A stretch of DNA of 64,000 nucleotides, taken from contig CM060732.1 of NCBI GenBank assembly GCA_030704615.1, positions 54,312,001-54,376,000 of the forward strand, read 5' to 3'. Made by a program: the position numbers and the translations under genes. Positions 55,379 to 64,000 of the stretch are shown here, in pieces (position 1 is the stretch's first letter; each line of letters opens with the position of its first letter). The notes under the pieces were generated by a model, which saw nothing but the letters and a program-made list of their open reading frames with translations, made no database searches and was not told the origin of the DNA. This DNA comes from Takakia lepidozioides. Its lineage: Eukaryota > Plantae > Bryophyta.

Positions 55379-57976
55379 TCACCAGTACTCCCCACAAGAA
55401 CAAAATCCATCTTCGAAATGGTGAAAGCATTTAGCATCCCGTACAACAATTGCTCGACCAACAATCTTTGAGATGAACTTGGTGGCTGTGTGGCAGTCAC
55501 CACACACACGAAGGTTCTTGATGACACGAAGAGGAGTCCCAGGCGCCGTGCTGATCAGCCCAAAAGCAATGGCCAGCTTCTCACTGTGGTGGCAAAGAGA
55601 AAATTCCTTCCGCCCCTCTTCCACATCATGCAATACAAAGCGTGTATCAGGCACGTACCCTGCCTCCTTTATCTGCCCAGACAATCTTCTCAGCTCAGCA
55701 TGGATCTCCTCAATTTGTGGATGCAACTTGTCATCTACAGAGAACGAATGCATACGATTGTCCACCTCAATGCAGCTCTGCCCTGGCTCTTTTTGGACAC
55801 CTCTGAGCTTCATCATTTTTCTCACCTTTGCAGCATCTTCCCACCTGCCAGCTGCAGCATAGATGTTTGACAGCAACACGTAAGTTCCAGGGACCTGTGG
55901 ATCCCACTTGAGAACAGATTTCGCTGCACGTTCTGCCACCTCCACATTGCCATGAATTCTGCAAGCACCAAGCAAGGCCAGCCGAACTACAGCACCCGGT
56001 TGGATTGGCATTTTGTCAATGAAGTCCTCTGCCTCATCCAATTTCCCTGCACGGCCAAGAAGGTCCACCATGCAGCCAAAGTGCTCCACTGTAGGAGTGA
56101 AGCCATGATCTTGACTCATGGATTCGAAATAGTGTGTGCCTTCATCCACGAGGCCAACATGGCTACATGCAGAAAGGACACATACAAAGGTGATACTGTC
56201 TGGCTTCAAGCCTTCCTTTTGCATTCCTTCAAATAGCCGCAGGGCCTCCATGTGATGACCATGCTGGGCATATCCTGCAATCATTGCACTCCATGACACC
56301 ACATCTCGTTCAGCCATACTGTCGAACACTCCCTTAGCGTCCTCAATGCTCCCACATTTGGCATACATGTCCACCAGGGCAGTGTCCAGAATGACATCTG
56401 TTGCAATTCCAGCTGTCATGATGTCGAAATGGATTTGTCTGCCCATTTTCAACGCTGCCAAGGTGGCACACACATTGCAAACACACACAAATGTGCCCTG
56501 GGTGGGCTTCACCCCTTCTTGCACCATTTGCCCATAGGTCTCCAAAGCCTCCATCCTCCACCCATGCTGGGCATATCCTGCAATCATCGCATTCCATGAC
56601 ACCGTATCTCGTTCAGCCATACTGTCAAACACTACCTTTGCATCCTTGATGCTCCTGCATTTGGCATACATGTCCACAAGGGCAGTGTCCAGAATCATAT
56701 TTGGTGCAATTCCAGCTTTCACGATGTCAGCATGGGCCTCTCTGCCCGTTTGCAGGTCTGCCAGACTGGCACAGGCTTTGAGAACGCAAACGAACGTGAC
56801 CTGGTCGGGCGTCACTCCTTCCTGCATCATTTGCTCATAGGTCTCCAAAGCCTCTATCCCAAACCCTTGCTGGGTATAACCTGCGAGCATCGCATTCCAG
56901 GAAACCACATCCCGTTCAGCCATACTGTTGAACACTCCTTTTGCATCCTTGAGGCTCCCACATTTGGCATACATGTCCACAAGGGCAGTATCCAGAATCA
57001 TATTTGGTACAATTCCAGCTTTCATGATGTCAGCATGGACATCTTTGCCCTTTTCCAGGTCTGCCAGGCTGGCACAAGCTTTCAAAACACAAACAAATGT
57101 GACCTGGTTGGGTGTCACACCTTCCTGCATCATTTGCTCATAGGTCTCAAAGGCATTCCTACCACGCCCATGCTTGGCATGTCCTGCCATCATAATAGAC
57201 CATGAAAACACATTTCGTTTAGGCATTTTGTCAAAGACTCGTTGTGCATCAGCGATGCTCCCACACTTGACATACATCTTCACCAGTGTGTTACGTAGAA
57301 ACATGTTTGGATTGAATCCACTTTGGATGATGTGTGCGTGCACCTGCTTTCCTGCTGCTAGGCCTTTCACCTTGATGCAGTTATCCAAGAGACAGACATA
57401 AGTATCAGAGTCTGCCGAAATGTCTCCTCGGTTCAAAACGTTCAAAGCCTCTTTCAGTTGTCCTGCCTTACATAGTGACCTCACATGCCCACAAGTGCCA
57501 AAGGCTCCCTTCTTGAGTCCCTCTTTTGGTCCTCTTCCAGAAGTAGTGGAGGTGCCTGACTGTGCAGCCGCTGCTGCTTCCAGTTGACCATCTACCAATG
57601 CAGGTTCCTTGTAGCTATCAATCCACAGTGGGTCATTGGTGCTTGTGTGCTTAGAATCTGGTCCTGCTGGATGGATCTGCATCCGAACTCCATGACTGCA
57701 TCCTTCAGATATCCGTGTCTCAACAACACTAATCTATAGATTGGCACCCGTGCTGCCAGTACCTGACTACTACAAACACCCTACCTTACCTGACACTAGT
57801 TCCTAGAAACATGACAATTTCCAAGATTTTTTTTCTGATGCATCTCAGTGTCTGATTCTGCTTAACAGAACAGGCTTTCACCTTCTTGCCTTGATTGTCC
57901 CACCATTGACTGGGGTTTGAAAAATGTTCCTTCCAAAGCTTCTCCTCATTTCTATTTTCGGTTTTTGGATATTTGC
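55379..57976 (-). CDS. PLS-class PPR-E-DYW organellar RNA-editing factor (ends EYW) with an upstream exon giving an OSB/PDF-like motif; the true start lies further upstream
   Basis: PLS triplets; PG box KEPGQSCIEV; HSEKLA; CGDCH; CSCGEYW. Exon 57976-57882 (LWKEHFSNPSQWWDNQGKK) splices in frame to 57676 (IHPAGPDSKH...LWID). Confidence 0.92.
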
Positions 57977-59789
57977 CTGCAAACCCCTTTGCAGTAAGAT
58001 GTGGAAACACCTAGATCCATCATGTATCCACCCGACAAGCTATCTTACAAAACACACGTAGGATGAATCTGATAATAAACAAATGAAGCCTAGAATGTGT
58101 CGTAGAAGAAGGTGCCCTCACCACAATGTGCTTGAAATTGTATCAGAACAATTAGCTTTTCTTTCACCCAAGGAGGGTTCAACCAACCCACCATCCAACG
58201 GACCTCTTGTGTGAGCTGTCTAGGTCTGTAGTCTGGAGATTTTAGATTCGTCTGTGGAAACCACCAGGGTTCAGCTGAGCAGCCAGAGTTTTTTTTATCA
58301 CAGCTTCCTCAGATCAAGCCGCAACCACCAACCCTGCAACTCCAGGGAAAAACCTTGGGCATCCTACTTTCATGCTCTGCTTAGGAAGCACAACCTACCA
58401 TACTGACAGTAACAGCAGTTTTTGCAGAACCAACAAAGGTTCTAACTCAACTCAACGACTGCAATCAAGTCCACAACGTAGTGTATTGAAGTCAAGTCAA
58501 AATCCCTCCTTGACAGGCTACTTCGCATTCTACATGAAAGAAGCGCACCTCGCCAGCGCTGTAATCCAACCATTGTGAAGGATCTTTAAAGAACTCCTGC
58601 CAACGCTGTTCCATTCTCCAGCGCTGACCTACATGCCAGATGTACCAAACGATTCAAGGGTCGATTACAGCCCTTGTATGACCATCCAGTGTGCTCCTTC
58701 AACCAAATTAGATTAGTTTCTGCGGGATGGGTAGAAGGACAATTCCCAGCCTGGATCTTACAGTGCATGCAACATAGCGATCCAGCAAAAAGAAACCACC
58801 TGGAATTTTGTATTATCACCTGATTTGATTGCCATTCCGGAAGGCTTGGGACTCGCCATAACCACCACTTGCAAGGGACTGCGTTCTCGACATATTGCCA
58901 AGGGAGATGCCGCTTTCATCTCCATAGCCCAGCCCCTTAAACTGGCGCACGATGTGGGGCCTGTGGCATAACCGCAACGAAGAGACACGACCTTGGGTAT
59001 GGAGTCCGCATGCGCGCTCTCAAGAACGCCGGACCACGCTGCCATCCTCACCAGACTTTTTTGGTGCTCACCCACCTAGTGCACTCGGACCCGTTGCAAG
59101 AAACGATTGCAGCACCAAGCTCGAGCATCGAGCATCATCATTTGCTGCTCTCTCATCCTCCATACGACAATCCAATCCTCTCCGTGGCTCTCCCTCCAGC
59201 ACCTCTCAGGCCTTTCACATTCGAATGTCAAAATGTTACAACGAGGAAGCAATCAAACAATCAAAGACGTGTACTCTTTCTTGCAACCCTAATTGAGAAA
59301 TATGTCCACAGGAATTGTTACTCGCGAGATTCAAGTGGATTTCTCATTTGAATGCAGTATCGTGCCAGACGGGATAGCGGATTCAGAGTCGTGAAGCACG
59401 CACTGTTTGAAGTTGTGGGTGCTCGCTAGAAACACGTATGAAGTTGCTGCATCTCAGAGGAAGATGAACCAATCTCGCAAACCCCCAGATTCTCTTCTGT
59501 GACAGCCTTCCCTTAGAGAACTTTGGTGCGGAAAATAGTCGACGTATTATTTCTTCAGGAATCTGACGAGTTGTTTGTGATGCCCCCACCCCCATGCAAT
59601 TCTACTCTGCAAGCCAATCTTTGTTCCTTTTGGATGCGAATGTGATGCAGATGCAACTGCACATTGTCAGGTAGCATGAAGCTCATATGTCTATGAGGCA
59701 TACTGTTCACATGTTGATGGGTGGACGACGCTGGCTTCGGTGCTTTGCTGTGTGCGGCTGCATCTTCCCTCGCACGCTCAGGCGCAGGG

Positions 59790-62700
59790 ATGGCAGCCCG
59801 CTCCGCAGCTCTCCTGAGCGCGGAGGGGGAGGCCACACCCAAGGTTCTGTCTTCTTCTTGCTGTGAACGGGTGAGAAGCCTCCCACCAGGTAACAAAGCG
59901 AGGGACGAACCTGTGGAGGTCAAATGGGTATGGAGCTTAGCAATGTCGCCCGCCAGACCGTTGCGAGTAATGTCGACGTTGCATCCCCTGCCTCCAAGGG
60001 TACCGGAGAAAGGTACTGTCAAATCTTTGGGCAAGTTGTTTGGTGACTAAACTTGTATGCGTAGCACTTTATAGTGTCATTCGACTCATCCCCAGCGGAA
60101 ACTACATACATCTTGATCTAAGGTTCATTCGGGAGTTGAATTGACGCCCCCCCCATCTGTGATCAGCTCCTTAGTAGCTTCTGGAATCTCTAACACATTT
60201 ATCTATCTTCCGTTCATTAAATGGATACTTGGTTCCATTGTGGCCATGGCACTGAGGGACACCCTGTTTGAGAACAACCAGGTGTCTCCTCATGGAGGAA
60301 TTATGACAGGGCTCGCACCTTCTAGACTCTAGACGAGACACATGTGAGTGTGCTGCCACTTTCAGCCACACCGTGGTTGAGAAACAGTAGGGAGAGAGAG
60401 CGAGATTACGTACAAACCCTGTTCTGGCATTCCTGAATAAGTGTCAGACAATTAGGATGTGCTACAGAACTATGGTTTGACTGGTCTTTACATGCAGGGG
60501 AAACAATGAGCACCGAAGGACTCTGGCAGGAGTTCTTCTCGGATCCTTCACAGTGGTGGGACAACAGAGTTGATAAAGTGAGGCTATCTTCATATAGAAC
60601 TTGGAAAGTTTGTGAAGGAGGGATTGTGACTAGGCTGGCAGATTTTGTGGACTAGATTGTATCTCTTGCTGCTTACATTGATGTCAAAATTTCTGTCTCA
60701 ATAACAGCAAAGTGTTCTACTCCTGCTTCAGTAGGTTGCTCAAGGTTGTTTATCTGTTCTTTGAAAGGTGCCTGGAGCTTCGGTGGTTGTAGCCTGGTCT
60801 ATGCAAGGCTGGGGTTGAAGTTATGGCTGCTCAGCTACCCACTGCTCGTTTTCACAGAAAAGTCCAAGATCGCCAGATTTCAGACATAAACGAACAAAGG
60901 AGGCCCTTTGGATTCAGGATTGGAGGAACCCTCCTTGGGTGAAAGCCGAGCTGGCTGCCATGATAGAAGGTCAAGCACAATGTGGTGACTTGAGGATGCT
61001 ATGTATGGCAGGACGACTAAAAGAGGCACTGCATACTTTGAACCAACAAGGCTGGGCAGACTCAAATACTTATGTCTGTCTCTTGCAGGAATGCATGAAC
61101 ATCCGAGGTCTCGCAGAGGGAAAGCAAGTGCATGCCCACATCATTCACAGTGGATTCAAGCCAAACATTTTTCTTCTCAATACCCTTGTCAACATGTATG
61201 CCAAGTGCGGGAGCTTGGTGGATGCACGTCAAGTGTTTGACACAATGCATGAACATGACGTCTTAACATGCACTATAATGATTGCGGTACATGTGAAGCA
61301 TGGTTGTGGTAGGGAGGCTCTTGAGATCTATGAGCTGATGAGACAGGAAGGGATCATGCCGACCAATGTCACCTACGTTTGCATTCTCAAGGCATGTGCT
61401 AGCCTTGGAGCTCTTGAAAAGGGCAAAGAGGTTCATGCTCACATCCTCAAAGCTGGAATTACACCAGATATCATTCTGGAGACTGCTCTGGCTGTCATGT
61501 ACGCCAATTGTGGGAGCATGAAGGGTGCGCATCAAGTGTTCGACAATATAGGTCAACGAGATGTGGTCTCATGGAATGCGATGATTACAGGATATGCTAA
61601 GCATGGTTGTGGTAGGGAGGCTTTGGAGATGTATAAGCAAATGATACGGGAAGGAATGATGCCCAACAAAGTCACATTCATTTGTGTTCTCAATGCTTGT
61701 GCTAGCCTGGTTGCCCTGGAAGAGGGCAAAGAGGTTCATGCTAACATCATCAAAGCTGAAATTCATCCAGATATCATTCTGGAGACTGCCCTTGTTAACA
61801 TGTATGCCAAATGTGGAAACGTGAATGATGCACGTGAAGTTTTTGGCAATATGGCTCAACGAAACGTGGTCTCATGGAGTGCAATGATCACAGGATATGC
61901 CCAACACGGGTGTGGTAGGGAAGCTTTCAGGATGTATGAACAAATGATAGGGGAGGGGGTGACACCCAACAAAGTCACATTCATTTCTGTTCTCAATGCT
62001 TGTGCCAGCCTGGCTGCCCTTGATAAGGGCAAAAGGATCCATGCTGACATCATCAAAGCGAGAATTGCATCAGATATAAGTTGGAGAAACCTTGTTAACA
62101 TGTATGCCAAATGTGGGAACATGAAGCATGCGCAGGAGGTGTTTAACAATATGACTGAGAAAGATGTGGTCGTGTGGAGTGCAATGATCTCAGGATATGC
62201 TGAGCATGGTTGTTGTATGGAGGCTTTGGAGACTTATGAACAAATGATACGGAAAAGGGTGGCACCAGACAAAGTCACTTTTATTTGTGTTCTCAATGCA
62301 TGTGCCAGCCTGGGAGCCCTGGAAAAGGGCAAAGAGGTCCATTTTGATATTGTTAAAGCTGGAATCGGGTCATACATCAATTTGGAGAATACGCTTGTGA
62401 ACATGTATGCCAAATGTGGGAGCATGAAGGATGCACGGCTTGTATTTGACACTATGGCTGAAAAAGATGTGGTCTCATGGAGTGCAATGATTGCAGGATA
62501 TGCGCAGCATGGTTGTATTATGGAGGCGTTTGAGACTTATGAGCAAATGACACAGGAAGGGGTGACGCCTAACAACGTAACATTCATTTGTGTTCTCAAT
62601 GTGTGTGCGAGCCTTGCTGCCCTACACAAGGGCAAAGAAGTCCATGCTGACATCATCAACTCTGGTATTCCGCAGGATATTTTTCTGGGGACTGCCCTTG

Positions 62701-63698
62701 TCAACATGTATGCCAAATGTGGCAACATGAAGGATGCACGTCAAATGTTTGACAACATGGCTGAACAGGATGTGGTCTCATGGAGTGCGATGATTGCAGG
62801 ATATGCTCAGCATGGGTGTGGTAGGGCAGCTCTCCAACTATTTGAACAAATGCAAGAGAAAGGCTTGAAGCCAAATGGTATCACCTTTATGTGTGTTCTC
62901 TCTGCATGTAGTCATGTAGGCCTAGTGGATGAAGGCCGTCACTACTTTGATTCCATGAGTCAGGATCATAGCCTCAATCCTATGGTGGAACATTTTGGCT
63001 GCATGGTGGACCTTCTTGGCCGTGCAGGCCGAGTGGATGAGGCAGAGGACTTTATTGACAAAATGCCAATGGAACCAGATGCTGGCATATGGGGGGCCTT
63101 GCTTGGTGCCTGCAGAATTCATGGCAATGTGGAGGTCGCAGAACGTGTGGCCAGATGCCTTCTGAAATGGGACCCACAGCACGCAGCAACTTACATGCTT
63201 CTGTCAATCGTCTATGCTGCTGCGGACAGGTGGGCTGATACAGCAAAGGTGCGAAAAATGATGCAGTACAGAGGTGTCAGAAAGGAGCCGGGGCAGAGCT
63301 GCATTGCGGTGAACAACCAGTTGCATACATTCAAGTTCATTGTCGAAGAGAAGCAGCATCCACAAATCAAAGAGATCCATGCTGAGCTGAAGAGATTATC
63401 TGGGTGGATGAAGGAGGCTGGGTACATTCCTGAGACACCCTTTGTATTGCATGAGGTTGAGGAGCAACGCGAATCATATCTTTGCCACCACAGTGAGAAA
63501 CTGGCGATTGTTTTTGGGCTCATCAGCACTCCCCCTACAGCATCTATCTGTGTCATCAAGAACCTCCGGGTGTGTGGTGACTGCCACGCGGCCACCAAGT
63601 TCATCTCAAAGGTTACTAAGCGAGAAATTCTTGTACGGGATGCCAACCGCTTTCACCACTTCCAAGATGGGGTTTGTTCTTGTGGGGATTATTGGTGA
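59790..63698 (+). CDS. PDF-motif PLS-class PPR-E-DYW RNA-editing factor; exons 59790-59889 (tentative), 60498-60577, 60858-63698
   Basis: LWQEFFSDPSQWWDNRVDK/KSPRSPDFRHKRTKEALWIQDWRNPPWV continues in frame into the 60939 ORF; about 6 PLS triplets; KEPGQSCI; HSEKLA; CGDCH; CSCGDYW. Confidence 0.93.
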
Positions 63699-64000
63699 AA
63701 CGAGCAACCTGCATGGATGAAGGGAGTGGATCAATTCAAGTGGAGAAGGTATTTAAAATTCCTTATGTTGACAAAGAGTTCAGTTTGGAGATGCAATGCA
63801 TGTGATTTTTTTTTACCGCCTGTACTGCACTTTCTGTGAGCATTCAGAAAGAATCCTCCAACACACATCAAATCAGTGAAGTCAGTCATTGTTGCACTGT
63901 CGCTTGTGACGTTTAGTCGGCATTTACGGATTCAGTGGCCAGCCAAATCAACTGACAATACAGGACCTGATTAGCTTTTGCTGTAGGAGGAATCAGGCAG

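Noticed and set aside
55473-63646. Many antisense ORFs over the PPR genes
   Set aside because: Shadow frames of repetitive PPR coding sequence
55379-63698. U-to-C (DYW:KP) editing factors
   Set aside because: Both have PG boxes, HSE and (D/E)YW ends typical of C-to-U enzymes

Overview
Eukaryotic nuclear DNA from a land plant, most likely a seed-free lineage (inferred from GT-AG introns, very regular PLS-DYW PPR genes and the TE repertoire). Host genes, left to right: mitochondrial MnSOD (-), an intronless F-box gene (+), a GT47/exostosin glycosyltransferase (-) with microsatellite-targeted LINE copies in an intron, a metallo-beta-lactamase-fold gene (-), SMU1 (+), one DYW-PPR pseudogene and two head-to-head DYW-PPR genes. 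Between ~20.5 and ~43.6 kb is a nested TE island: MITEs, pogo relics, a truncated Ty3/gypsy element and an RLE-type LINE relic. Two things stand out. (1) An ~11.2-kb Mutator-like element (21627-32845, 10-bp TSD GGACCAGTGG, no long TIRs) carries a GCM/WRKY-type-DDE-SWIM transposase. It also carries a divergently transcribed, spliced cargo gene joining a ParB/Srx-like domain (DGNHR) to a prokaryote-type beta-class N4C/N6A DNA methyltransferase, and about 19 copies of a 24-bp palindrome with a GTYRAC centre in three mostly non-coding clusters. This copy is frameshifted. (2) Both long DYW-PPR genes have a spliced N-terminal OSB-type 'PDF' ssDNA-binding motif that the ORF track misses. All calls come from reading motifs by eye; no database searches were run.
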